Assembly (NCBI GenBank): GCA_022510945.1
Contig: JAFLSK010000003.1
Coordinates: 1,513-65,512 of the forward strand
Direction: 5' to 3'
Length of the DNA stretch: 64,000 nt
Origin: Ruminococcus sp.
GTDB taxonomy: Bacteria; Bacillota; Clostridia; Oscillospirales; Acutalibacteraceae
Shown: in pieces, positions 9,771 to 18,835 of the stretch
How positions within the stretch are numbered: the stretch's first letter is position 1
Layout of the letters: every line of letters starts with the position of its first letter
Translations under genes and position numbers: made by a program
The notes under the pieces: generated by a model
The model's database searches: none
What the model saw: only the letters and a program-made list of their open reading frames with translations
What the model was told of the DNA's origin: nothing

Positions 9771-10031
9771 ATGCCTAACATTAAATCAGCTAAGAAGCGT
9801 GTTAAGGTTATTGCTAAGAAGACAGCTCAGAACAAGGAGACTAAATCTGCTCTTAAGACAGCTATCAAGAAGGCTTACATCGCTATAGAGAGTAACGCTG
9901 ACAATAAGGCTGAGGCAGTTAGCTTTGCTGTAAAGAAGATTGACCAGGCTGCGGCTAAGGGTCTTCTCCACAAGAACAAGGCAGCAAGAAGCAAGTCAAA
10001 TCTCGCAAAGCGTCTTAACGCCTCCGCATAA
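9771..10031 (+). CDS. rpsT: 30S ribosomal protein S20
   Basis: [12 protein letters not shown]...[14 protein letters not shown]; AAGGAGG RBS. Confidence 0.98.
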   Translation: MPNIKSAKKRVKVIAKKTAQNKETKSALKTAIKKAYIAIESNADNKAEAVSFAVKKIDQAAAKGLLHKNKAARSKSNLAKRLNASA

Positions 10032-10045
10032 ATTTGCAAAACCTT

Positions 10046-10076
10046 AAAGCAGAGCTTTGGCTCTGCTTTTCTTTTT
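10046..10076 (+). terminator. rpsT intrinsic terminator
   Basis: AAAGCAGAGC-tttg-GCTCTGCTTTT hairpin with T-tract. Confidence 0.8.
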
Positions 10077-10152
10077 ATTGCATAATAATTGTTGACTTTT
10101 TTGTAAAAACTGTTATTATAAATATAGAACTACGATTCGGGAGGTTTCAATA

Positions 10153-10305
10153 ATGAAAAAGGGTGGCAAATTAGCTATTATTTTCGGCGCGATTTCGCTT
10201 GTTGCGGCTGTTACCGCAGCGCTTACCGCGTTCTTTATCGTAAGAGAAAAGAAAAAGAGAGACGAAGAGGAGCTTATGGAGTACCTCGACTGCTCCATCG
10301 AGTAA
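10153..10305 (+). CDS. Unannotated 50-aa single-TM small protein
   Basis: MKKGGKLAIIFGAISLVAAVTAALTAFFIVREKKKRDEEELMEYLDCSIE*; GGGAGG RBS at 10139-10144; TTGACT...TGnTATTAT promoter 10092-10119; downstream hairpin. Confidence 0.8.
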   Translation: MKKGGKLAIIFGAISLVAAVTAALTAFFIVREKKKRDEEELMEYLDCSIE

Positions 10306-10345
10306 TTCGCAATTCGTAATGCGCAATTAAATTATGCTAAAACAA

Positions 10346-10377
10346 AGGCAGGTATAACGGAAACGTTATATCTGCCT
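10346..10377. terminator. Hairpin between the convergent small ORF and serS
   Basis: AGGCAGGTATAACG-gaaa-CGTTATATCTGCCT. Confidence 0.65.
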
Positions 10378-10440
10378 GTTTCTTTGTGTTAAATTAATTA
10401 AAACTCTAAAAAGCGTACTGCGGAATGCGCTTTGCGCATT

Positions 10441-11718
10441 TTATTTTATGACTGTCTGGCCGCCCATATACGGCTGGAGGGCTGTCGGAATATTTACTGA
10501 ACCGTCGGCGTTGAGGTTATTTTCGAGGAATGCGATTAACATTCTCGGCGGAGCGACAACCGTGTTGTTGAGGGTATGGGCGAAGTACTTGCCGTCCTTG
10601 CCCTTTACGCGGATTTTGAGGCGGCGAGCCTGAGCGTCGCCGAGGTTCGAGCAGGAGCCGACCTCGAAGTATTTCTTCTGTCGCGGCGACCACGCCTCGA
10701 CGTCGATTGAGCGCACCTTGAGGTCCGCGAGGTCACCCGAGCAGCATTCGAGCGTGCGCACGGGAATATCGAGCGAGCGGAAGAGGTCGACGGTGTTCTG
10801 CCACAGCTTATCGAACCACATTTTGCTCTCCTCGGGCTTACAAACAACAATCATTTCCTGCTTTTCGAACTGGTGGATTCTGTAAACGCCGCGTTCCTCG
10901 ATTCCGTGAGCGCCCTTTTCCTTTCTGAAGCAGGGCGAGTAGCTTGTGAGGGTCTGCGGGAGCTCCTCCTCCTTAACCATTGTGTCGATAAATTTACCAA
11001 TCATACTGTGCTCGGACGTACCGATAAGGTAGAGGTCCTCGCCCTCGATTTTGTACATCATCGCGTCCATTTCGGCGAAGCTCATTACGCCTGTTACGAC
11101 GTTTGAGCGAATCATAAACGGCGGCACGCAGTAAGTGAATCCGCGGTTAATCATAAAGTCGCGCGCGTAAGAAATCACCGCGCTGTGAAGGCGAGCAATG
11201 TCGCCCATAAGGTAGTAGAAACCGTTGCCCGCAACCTTGCGCGCGGAGTCGAGGTCGATTCCGTTGAACTTCTCCATAATCTCGGTATGATAAGGCACCT
11301 CGAAGTCAGGCACGACGGGCTCGCCGAACCGCTCAACCTCTACGTTTTCGCTGTCGTCCTTGCCGATAGGAACCTGCGGGTCGATGATATTCGGAATCAC
11401 CATCATAATTTCAGTAACCTTCGCGGAAAGCTGTGCCTCCTGCTCCTCGAGTGCGGCTAACTCCTCGCCCTGAGCGGCAACCTCGGCTTTTAAAGCCTCT
11501 GCCTCCTCGCGTTTGCCCTGAGCGTAGAGCGCGCCTATCTGCTTAGAGAGCTTATTGCGGTTGGCGCGCAGCGCGTCAGCCTTGCCCTTAGCCTCGCGGC
11601 TCTGCTTGTCGAGGTCGATAACCTCGTCCACGAGCGGGAGCTTTTTGTCCTGAAATTTATTTCTGATGTTTTCTTTTACAACATCCGGATTTTCTCTTAA
11701 AAATTTAATGTCTATCAT
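10441..11718 (-). CDS. serS: Seryl-tRNA synthetase
   Basis: N-terminal coiled-coil arm, CFRKE...RIHQFEK (motif 2), EVGSCSN, HTLNNT. Confidence 0.97.
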   Translation of the reverse strand: MIDIKFLRENPDVVKENIRNKFQDKKLPLVDEVIDLDKQSREAKGKADALRANRNKLSKQIGALYAQGKREEAEALKAEVAAQGEELAALEEQEAQLSAKVTEIMMVIPNIIDPQVPIGKDDSENVEVERFGEPVVPDFEVPYHTEIMEKFNGIDLDSARKVAGNGFYYLMGDIARLHSAVISYARDFMINRGFTYCVPPFMIRSNVVTGVMSFAEMDAMMYKIEGEDLYLIGTSEHSMIGKFIDTMVKEEELPQTLTSYSPCFRKEKGAHGIEERGVYRIHQFEKQEMIVVCKPEESKMWFDKLWQNTVDLFRSLDIPVRTLECCSGDLADLKVRSIDVEAWSPRQKKYFEVGSCSNLGDAQARRLKIRVKGKDGKYFAHTLNNTVVAPPRMLIAFLENNLNADGSVNIPTALQPYMGGQTVIK

Positions 11719-11736
11719 TTGTTTTCTCCTTTTGGT

Positions 11737-12588
11737 TTACTTCCCTAATTTTGCGGCTAAGTCCTTCAAATCCTCGTCGCTGTAGAACTCGATTTGCAAT
11801 GTTCCGCCTTTTTTGCCTTTGAGCGGTGATACTTTTACCTTTTTTCCGAGATACTCACTGAGTGACTGCTCCACCATAGCGTAGTAGCTCGGTTTGCGCT
11901 CGGGTTTTGTTTCCTTCGACTTCTTCGGCTTTGCTTTCGAGAGCTTTTCGATCTGTCGCACGGAGAGGTCGTTTTCGATGATTTCGTTTGCAAGCCTTAT
12001 AATTTCGTCGTCGCTGTCGAACGACAAAAGCGCTCTCGCGTGGCCTGCGCTTAGCCTGCCTTCTTTAAGAAGATTGCACACTTCGTCGGGCAGCTTAAGC
12101 AGTCTCAGCGTGTTCGCAACCGCGGGTCTCGACTTTCCGACCGCCGTCGCGACGTCCTCCTGACTCAGGTTGTACTCGTCCATAAGGCTTTTGTAGCCGA
12201 GCGCCTCTTCAATCGGGTTGAGATTTTCGCGCTGTAAATTCTCGATAAGCGCGATTTCCATCGTTTCCCTTTCCGTAAGCTCGCGAATCATCACGGGAAC
12301 TTCCGTCACGCCGGCAATCTGACACGCTCTGTAGCGGCGTTCGCCTGCGACAATCTGATATCCTCCGCCGAGGAGCGGCCGCACGAGTATCGGCTGGATA
12401 AGTCCGTGTTGCTTTATGCTGTCGGCGAGTTGGTTCAGTGCATCCTCGTCAAACTCGCGGCGCGGCTGGTCGTGGTTAGGCTCTATTTCCGATATTTTCA
12501 GTGTGACTGTGGCGTTTCTGTCCTCGGTCTCGTTCTCGATGAAAATTGCGCCGAGACCCTTGCCGAGTCCTCCTATTTTCTTAGCCAT
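11737..12588 (-). CDS. parB: ParB/Spo0J chromosome partition protein
   Basis: GLGKGLGA N-terminus, QPRREF, IVAGERRYRA, ENLQRENL, HTH; start at MAKKIGG (12588). Confidence 0.96.
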   Translation of the reverse strand: MAKKIGGLGKGLGAIFIENETEDRNATVTLKISEIEPNHDQPRREFDEDALNQLADSIKQHGLIQPILVRPLLGGGYQIVAGERRYRACQIAGVTEVPVMIRELTERETMEIALIENLQRENLNPIEEALGYKSLMDEYNLSQEDVATAVGKSRPAVANTLRLLKLPDEVCNLLKEGRLSAGHARALLSFDSDDEIIRLANEIIENDLSVRQIEKLSKAKPKKSKETKPERKPSYYAMVEQSLSEYLGKKVKVSPLKGKKGGTLQIEFYSDEDLKDLAAKLGK

Positions 12589-12589
12589 T

Positions 12590-13354
12590 TCAATTCTCCT
12601 TTCCCGCGATTTCCTTCGCAAGCTCTGAGTACGCCAGCGAACCCTTGCAGCTCTTGTCGTAATAAATTACGGGCATACCGAACGACGGAGCCTCCGAAAG
12701 CCTTACGCCGCGCGGAACGACTGTCCTAAAAACCTTGCGCGGGAAGAATTTCTTAACTTCCTCGACAACCTGCTGAGTGAGGTTGAGCCTGCCGTCGTAC
12801 ATAGTAAGCAGCACGCCTTCTAACTCTAAACTCGGGTTATACTGCCTTTTTACGCGCCTTACGGTGCTCATCAGCTGAGACAGACCCTCGAGCGCGTAAT
12901 ACTCGCACTGAATCGGCACCAAAATCGTGTCCGCGAGGGTTAAGGCGTTCGCCGTAATCAAGCCGAGTGACGGCGGACAGTCGATTATTATGTAGTCGTA
13001 GTTATATTTTATAGGAAGCACTGCGTTCTTAAGAATGGCTTCCCTATGCGGCTTTTCCGCAATTTCGAGCTCTGCCGCCGCTAAGTCGAGCGCGCTCGGA
13101 AGAATGTGCAGATTCTCAAACTGCGTGGAAAAAAGACACTCCTCCGCCTTTATTCCGTCCACCAAAATGTTGTAGGTGGACTTTGTGAGCTGTCGTTTAT
13201 CCACCGCGACTCCGCTCGTCGCGTTGCCCTGCGGGTCGACGTCGACAAGCAGAGTGCGCTTGCCCATCTTTCCGAGGCACGCAGCTAAATTGACCGCCGT
13301 GGTGGTCTTTCCCACGCCGCCCTTTTGGTTTGCGATTGCAATTACCTTTGCCAA
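12590..13354 (-). CDS. soj: ParA/Soj ATPase
   Basis: NQKGGVGKTTT, DVDPQGNA, IDCPPSLG, QCEYYALEG; TTG start. Confidence 0.97.
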   Translation of the reverse strand: MAKVIAIANQKGGVGKTTTAVNLAACLGKMGKRTLLVDVDPQGNATSGVAVDKRQLTKSTYNILVDGIKAEECLFSTQFENLHILPSALDLAAAELEIAEKPHREAILKNAVLPIKYNYDYIIIDCPPSLGLITANALTLADTILVPIQCEYYALEGLSQLMSTVRRVKRQYNPSLELEGVLLTMYDGRLNLTQQVVEEVKKFFPRKVFRTVVPRGVRLSEAPSFGMPVIYYDKSCKGSLAYSELAKEIAGKEN

Positions 13355-13635
13355 AAAATCACCTTTATCCTGTACTAAACTCCAAAAAACAGCTGTTGTT
13401 CAGTATTTTTTCATAATACAAAGAAATTGTACCACAAAACAAGGCGGAATAAAAGTGTTTTTGAAAAATTATACTAAACACTGATTAAAAAAGAGATAAA
13501 ACTTCAGAGCAGATTTTTCGTCAGACGAGTGCCATTCCGCAGAAAGGCTGATGTCTTTCGATGACAGGGCGCAATGTATTGCGCAAAATATGCCTAAAAG
13601 GCAATTGTTTTTAATCGGTGTTTAGTATTTGTTAA

Positions 13636-13651
13636 TGTTTCATGTGAAACA
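13636..13651. promoter_or_regulatory. parS centromere site
   Basis: TGTTTCATGTGAAACA, one mismatch to the TGTTTCACGTGAAACA consensus, upstream of soj-parB. Confidence 0.9.
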
Positions 13652-13675
13652 TTAAGGAATCGGCGCGTTTAACAA

Positions 13676-13798
13676 TGCCAAACGCCACACAGCGAACTGT
13701 GTGGCGTTGGCAAGGGGTTTAGATAAGGAAATGGGTATGAGTGGTGGATACAGAGTATCCATCGTGGAAAGCTTGTTTGTGACCTTACGGTCGGGAGT
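13676..13798 (-). ncRNA. Candidate structured RNA / 3' UTR of the noc-like gene
   Basis: Three hairpins; GUAA and UUCG tetraloops read on the minus strand; C/U-rich linker. Confidence 0.35.
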
Positions 13799-13814
13799 TT
13801 AAGCGATTATAAAG

Positions 13815-14627
13815 CTAATTTGTAGTCGCTTTGGGAATTTTTACGGTGTACTCTATGTAGTCGCCGCTGTCCTTGTGCTTGCATACGGCGTCTATGCCCG
13901 CAAGTTTCATCGTCGAGACGGCCTTGTTGATTGTGTTTATGAAAACGCGGATGTCCTTGATGACGATTTTCTGAGTACCTTTCTCCGCTTTTTCGGGGAC
14001 TGAGGAATTGTAGAGCAGTCTCTCTATCAGCTCCTCGCTCTGCGAGACGTTGAGGTTCTGTGCAATTATCTTCGAAAGCGCCTCTTTCCTCAGCTCCTGG
14101 TCGTAGATTTTGAGCAGGGCGCGGGCGTGTCTTTCCGACAGACCCGCCTGCACTATCCAGTCCTGCTCATCATAGGAAAGGTTGAGGAGACGGAGCTTAT
14201 TGGCGATGGTGCTCTGGCTTTTGCCGAGCTTTTTCGCCGCCTGCTCCTGAGTTATGCCGTAGCGTCGGATAAGCCGTGAGATGCCGCGTGCTTCTTCAAA
14301 AAGACCTAAATCACATCTCTGTAAGTTTTCGAGCAACGCAAGCATTGCGCTTTCGCGGTCGTTGCACTTTACTATTATGCACGGCACGCGCGCCATACCC
14401 GCCATCACCGCGGCTCTCAGCCTTCGCTCGCCCGCGATGATTTCGTACTCGCTTTGCGACACCTTGCGGACAGTGAGCGGCTGGAGAATTCCGTTTTCTT
14501 CAATCGACCTCGACAAATCGCGTAGCTTGTCGTCGTCGAAGATTTTTCTCGGCTGAGTTTTATTGGGGCGAATTTTGATTGTGGGGATATCAAAGATTTT
14601 GCTTTCGCTTCTTGACAGGAAGTTCAA
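13815..14627 (-). CDS. noc: ParB-family nucleoid occlusion protein (Noc-like)
   Basis: QPRKIF, IIAGERRLRA, ENLQR, GKSQSTIANKLRLL, KDIRVFINTI C-terminus; sits between rsmG and soj. Confidence 0.85.
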   Translation of the reverse strand: MNFLSRSESKIFDIPTIKIRPNKTQPRKIFDDDKLRDLSRSIEENGILQPLTVRKVSQSEYEIIAGERRLRAAVMAGMARVPCIIVKCNDRESAMLALLENLQRCDLGLFEEARGISRLIRRYGITQEQAAKKLGKSQSTIANKLRLLNLSYDEQDWIVQAGLSERHARALLKIYDQELRKEALSKIIAQNLNVSQSEELIERLLYNSSVPEKAEKGTQKIVIKDIRVFINTINKAVSTMKLAGIDAVCKHKDSGDYIEYTVKIPKATTN

Positions 14628-14797
14628 TCGCTCACCTCGCTGACTGCTTGTCTTTCGCTGTGACTATATGATATCACCAAGCTCTTGCGATTGGTGTCGG
14701 ATTCTGAGCAATTTTTATAATTGTTTATGGGAAGTTTTGTAGAAAACTGCGTTTTTCGGACGTTTTTCAAAAAGTTAAGGCCGCCTTGCGGCAGCCT

Positions 14798-15502
14798 TTA
14801 TAATGCTTTAGTTTTAATTTTTGAGGAATGTCTCGGGTACTGTTTCGGGGTTGGGGAGATTTTCTCAATCTGCACGATTGTCCTCTCTCCTGCTCCGTTG
14901 AGTTCGAACTCGGACGCGGTTTTGATTTTTCCGCCGAGCACTTTGACGGCGTTTTTCGCCTCGCTCAGTTCCTCGCTGAGGTCGGGGCCTTTCATCGAAA
15001 CAAAGCTGCCGCCGACCTTGACGTAAGGAAGACAATACTCACAAAGCGTGTTGAGCCTTGCGACCGCGCGCGATACCGCAACGTCAAACTTCTCGCGATA
15101 GAGCGCGTTTTGTCCGCCGTCCTCGGCGCGAGAATGGACGGTGCTCGCATCTATACCTATTATATCGCACGCCTCGTTTAAAAACACGAGCCGCTTGTTG
15201 AGGCTGTCGAGCAGAGTCAAGTCTATGTCGGGTCGGGCGAGTTTCAGCGGAATACCCGGAAAACCCGCGCCCGTACCCACGTCAATCACCTTTGCTTTCT
15301 TCGGAATATCATAATAATTAAGTAAAGTAAGGCTGTCGGCGAAGTGCTTGACCGCCACTTCCTCGGGCTCGGTGATTCGCGTAAGGTTAATTTTTTCGTT
15401 CCACTCAACGAGGATATTGTAGTATTTTTCGAATTGCTCCGTCTGTAAGTCGGTCAGCTCTATCCCGATTTTTTTGCACGCGTCTGTAACTAATTTCTTC
15501 AT
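14798..15502 (-). CDS. rsmG: 16S rRNA m7G527 methyltransferase RsmG (GidB)
   Basis: WNEKINLT, KHFADS, DVGTGAGFPG, SRAVA; start at MKKLV (15502). Confidence 0.96.
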   Translation of the reverse strand: MKKLVTDACKKIGIELTDLQTEQFEKYYNILVEWNEKINLTRITEPEEVAVKHFADSLTLLNYYDIPKKAKVIDVGTGAGFPGIPLKLARPDIDLTLLDSLNKRLVFLNEACDIIGIDASTVHSRAEDGGQNALYREKFDVAVSRAVARLNTLCEYCLPYVKVGGSFVSMKGPDLSEELSEAKNAVKVLGGKIKTASEFELNGAGERTIVQIEKISPTPKQYPRHSSKIKTKAL

Positions 15503-15510
15503 AACAGCCT

Positions 15511-17376
15511 TCACCTTCTCTGTGACAACCAAATCAGTAGCACGTTTATATCTGCCGGCGACACGCCCGAGATTCGCGATGCTTGACCGATATTGAGCGG
15601 GCGGATTTTGTTCAGCTTTTCCTGTGCCTCGAGGCGGAGACCCTTTATCTCCTTATAGTCGAAGTTTTCGGGCAGCTGCTTTTTCTCTAACTTTTGCATT
15701 TGCTCGACCTGCTTTAGCTGCTTTTCGATATAGCCCGCGTACTTTACCTCAATCTCAACCTGCTCGAAGATGTTGCTGTCGAGGTCGGGTCGGGTTTCGT
15801 CAATCGGCGCGAGCGCGCTGTAGTCAAGCTGTGGTCGGCGCAGAAGGTCAATAAGCTTTGCTCCCGTTGTGAGCGGAGATGTTTCATGTGAAACAAGTAT
15901 CTCTTTTATCTTTTCCGAGGGCGGGATAACGACCTTGCTGATTCGTTTCATCTCTTGCGCTTTAAGCTCCTGCTTGCGGTTGAATCTCTCAAATCTGTCG
16001 TCGGAAATCAGCCCGATTTCTTTGCCGATAGGCGTTAGGCGCACGTCGGCATTGTCCTGTCTGAGGATTAAGCGGTACTCGCTGCGCGAGGTCATCATTC
16101 TGTACGGCTCGTTCGCGCCCTTTGTCACGAGGTCGTCGATGAGCGTACCTATGTACGAGGTCGAGCGGTCGAGCACGAGCGGATCTCTTCCCTTGATTTT
16201 CAGCGCGGCGTTTATGCCGGCAATAAGTCCCTGAGCCGCGGCTTCCTCATAGCCCGAACTTCCGTTGAATTGTCCCGCGCCATACAGACCCGAAAACTTC
16301 TTGAACTCGAGCGTTGCGTTCATCTCGGTCGGGTCAACGCAATCATATTCTATCGCATACGCGGGGCGCATAATTACGCAGTTTTCGAGGCCTTTTATCG
16401 TATGGTAAAACTTTACCTGAACCTCTTCGGGCAGAGACGAGCTCATACCCTGTAGGTACATTTCCTCTGTGTTTTCGCCGCACGGCTCGATGAAAAGCTG
16501 GTGCCTTTTCTTCTCGCTGAAACGGACGATTTTATCCTCAAGGCTCGGGCAATAACGCGGTCCTACACCCTCGATTTGTCCGCTGTAGAGCGGCGAGCGG
16601 TGGATATTTTCGAGGATAATTTCCTTCGTCTTTTCATTCGTCCAGCTGATGTGGCAGATAACCTTGTTGTCGCCCAAGTCGTCCGTATCATACGAAAACG
16701 GAATCGGCGGCTCGTCGCCGTGCTGTTCCTCTAATTCGGAAAAATCTATACTGCTTTTGAGAACGCGCGCGGGCGTGCCTGTCTTAAAACGTCTGAGCGG
16801 CAGACCCAAATCCTTAAGGCTCTGCCCCAAAAAACTCGCCGCGAAAATTCCGTCGGGTCCGCTTTCAAAGCTTACTTCACCGACGAAAATCCGTCCGCCG
16901 AGATATGTTCCCGTTGCGATTATAACTGCCTTGACGTCGTACTCCGCCATCATTCTTGTGGTGAGCGTGTAGCCGTCGTCTGTCTTTTTTATATCCGTGA
17001 TTTCAGCCTGGTGCAGTTCGAGGTTTTCCTGCGTTTCAAGCTTGTGCTTCATAACATCGGAATATTTGCGGCGGTCAATCTGCGCGCGTAACGAGTGAAC
17101 GGCGGGGCCTTTTCCGCGGTTGAGCATACGGCTCTGTAAAAAACACTCGTCGGCTGTCTTTCCCATCTCGCCGCCGAGCGCGTCAATCTCTCGCACAAGG
17201 TGACCCTTCGCCGTTCCGCCGATAGACGGATTGCACGGGCAGTTGCCCACTGCGTCCATATTTATCGTAAAAACGACCGTGCTGCACCCGAGCCGAGCCG
17301 AGGCGAGCGCCGCCTCGATTCCCGCGTGGCCGGCGCCGATTACGGCAACATCAAATTTTCCTGCTTTATAATTCAT
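15511..17376 (-). CDS. mnmG: tRNA U34 modification enzyme MnmG (GidA)
   Basis: GAGHAGIEA, CNPSIGG, GPRYCPSLEDK, GYEEAAAQG. Confidence 0.99.
   Translation of the reverse strand: MNYKAGKFDVAVIGAGHAGIEAALASARLGCSTVVFTINMDAVGNCPCNPSIGGTAKGHLVREIDALGGEMGKTADECFLQSRMLNRGKGPAVHSLRAQIDRRKYSDVMKHKLETQENLELHQAEITDIKKTDDGYTLTTRMMAEYDVKAVIIATGTYLGGRIFVGEVSFESGPDGIFAASFLGQSLKDLGLPLRRFKTGTPARVLKSSIDFSELEEQHGDEPPIPFSYDTDDLGDNKVICHISWTNEKTKEIILENIHRSPLYSGQIEGVGPRYCPSLEDKIVRFSEKKRHQLFIEPCGENTEEMYLQGMSSSLPEEVQVKFYHTIKGLENCVIMRPAYAIEYDCVDPTEMNATLEFKKFSGLYGAGQFNGSSGYEEAAAQGLIAGINAALKIKGRDPLVLDRSTSYIGTLIDDLVTKGANEPYRMMTSRSEYRLILRQDNADVRLTPIGKEIGLISDDRFERFNRKQELKAQEMKRISKVVIPPSEKIKEILVSHETSPLTTGAKLIDLLRRPQLDYSALAPIDETRPDLDSNIFEQVEIEVKYAGYIEKQLKQVEQMQKLEKKQLPENFDYKEIKGLRLEAQEKLNKIRPLNIGQASRISGVSPADINVLLIWLSQRR
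15880..15895. promoter_or_regulatory. Second parS site, inside mnmG
   Basis: TGTTTCATGTGAAACA, identical to the 13636 site; reads VSHET in MnmG. Confidence 0.85.
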
Positions 17377-17399
17377 ACATAACCTCTTTGGTCACTTTT

Positions 17400-18776
17400 T
17401 TACTTTCCTACGCAGAAGTTGTGGAAAACATTATCCACCACAACCTCGCTGACGCGCTCTCCCGTGAGCTCGAGAATACATTCTATCGCTTCCTCTAACG
17501 CAACCTCAACCGCGTCGAAGGTCATACCGATTTCGAGAGCGTTTTTCGCCTCTATAAGTGCGTTTTTCGCGTTTACTACCGCGTTACGCTGGCGTTCGTT
17601 TGCGAGTATTCCCTCGCTCGGGTTGAAGTCCTCGGTGCCAGCGATTTTCGATATAATCTCGGAAAGCTTGTCGTACCCTTCCCCGCTTTTTGCAGAGATT
17701 TCTACTACATTTTTAAGCTTATCCTTTATATAATCTCTGTCGATTTCAACACCCAAATCGGTTTTGTTGATAATTCCGACAGAAGGCACATCGTCTATAT
17801 TTTCAAGTAATTTTATATCGTCGTCATCAAGAGCACGGCTGCCGTCGAATACTGCGAGCACAAGACCGCAGGTTTTCAGCCTGTTTTTCGCTATGTCAAC
17901 GCCGATTTTTTCTACGGTGTCTCCCGTTTCGCGGATTCCGGCGGTATCGCTCAGCCTGAGGATAACGTCGCCGACGAGCACGGTTTCCTCTATCACGTCG
18001 CGCGTCGTGCCGGGTATGTCGGTGACAATGCTCCTGTCGTGACCTGACAGAAGATTCATCAGTGTGCTTTTGCCCGTGTTGGGCTTGCCCGCAATCACGG
18101 TGTCTATGCCCTCTTTCACCGTCTGACCCTTGTCGTAGGTTGAAAGGAGTTTTTCCAAATCAGAGAGCCAATTTTCGAACTTTTGTTTGAGGTTTTCGTC
18201 GGTAACTTCCTCGATATCCTCCTCGGGGTAGTCTGCCCACGCACTGAAATGCGCCGCAGTGCTGACAAGTTCATTCTTAATTTTTTCTATTCTTTTCCAC
18301 AACGCGCCCTCTTTGGCACTCAAAGCGGAACGCGCCGCAATGCGGCTTTTTGCGGAGATGATGTCGATAACAGCCTCAGCTTCGGTGAGGTCAAGCTTGC
18401 CGTTTAAGAAAGCCCGCTTTGTAAATTCCCCCGCAAGCGCAGGAGTCGCGCCCGCGTCGAGTACATTCCTCAGCACCTCGCGAGTTATAAAAAGTCCGCC
18501 GTGACACGAAAGCTCCACCACGTTCTCCCCCGTGTAGCTGTTCGGCGCACGGAAAACGGTCGCTATCGCCTCGTCAACGGTCTCGTTACCCCTCACAATA
18601 TGGCCGAAAGCGGCGGTATAGCCCTTCATATCGGAGAGCTTTTTGCCGCTCGCCGCGCGGAAAACTTTATCTGCAATTGTGATAGATTCCTCGCCGCTTA
18701 TGCGGATTACGCCGATTCCGCCCTCGCCCTGAGCGGTCGAAATCGCGGCTATGGTTGAGTTGTTCATCTTCATCAC
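17400..18776 (-). CDS. mnmE: tRNA modification GTPase MnmE (TrmE)
   Basis: GKPNTGKS, PGTTRD, DTAG, NKTD, C-terminal FCVGK. Confidence 0.98.
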   Translation of the reverse strand: MMKMNNSTIAAISTAQGEGGIGVIRISGEESITIADKVFRAASGKKLSDMKGYTAAFGHIVRGNETVDEAIATVFRAPNSYTGENVVELSCHGGLFITREVLRNVLDAGATPALAGEFTKRAFLNGKLDLTEAEAVIDIISAKSRIAARSALSAKEGALWKRIEKIKNELVSTAAHFSAWADYPEEDIEEVTDENLKQKFENWLSDLEKLLSTYDKGQTVKEGIDTVIAGKPNTGKSTLMNLLSGHDRSIVTDIPGTTRDVIEETVLVGDVILRLSDTAGIRETGDTVEKIGVDIAKNRLKTCGLVLAVFDGSRALDDDDIKLLENIDDVPSVGIINKTDLGVEIDRDYIKDKLKNVVEISAKSGEGYDKLSEIISKIAGTEDFNPSEGILANERQRNAVVNAKNALIEAKNALEIGMTFDAVEVALEEAIECILELTGERVSEVVVDNVFHNFCVGK

Positions 18777-18792
18777 CCAAAATCCATATTCA

Positions 18793-18829
18793 AAAACGGA
18801 GCTGCCAATGTTAGACAGCTCCTTTTTTT
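18793..18829 (-). terminator. Terminator after jag
   Basis: GGAGCTGCCAA-tg-TTAGACAGCTCC imperfect hairpin flanked by A/T tracts. Confidence 0.55.
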
Positions 18830-18835
18830 CTTAAT

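Noticed and set aside
10116-10298. 60-aa minus-strand ORF
   Set aside because: Shadow of the plus-strand 50-aa ORF, which has the RBS and promoter
13505-13570. CTGACGA (minus strand) / CTGATG considered as a hammerhead ribozyme core
   Set aside because: No stem II followed by GAAA and no matching stems I/III around a cleavage triplet
17420-17440. TGTGGAAAA and TTATCCACC at the mnmE 3' end
   Set aside because: Only two box-like sites, explained by the conserved VVDNVFHNFC coding sequence; too weak to call a cluster
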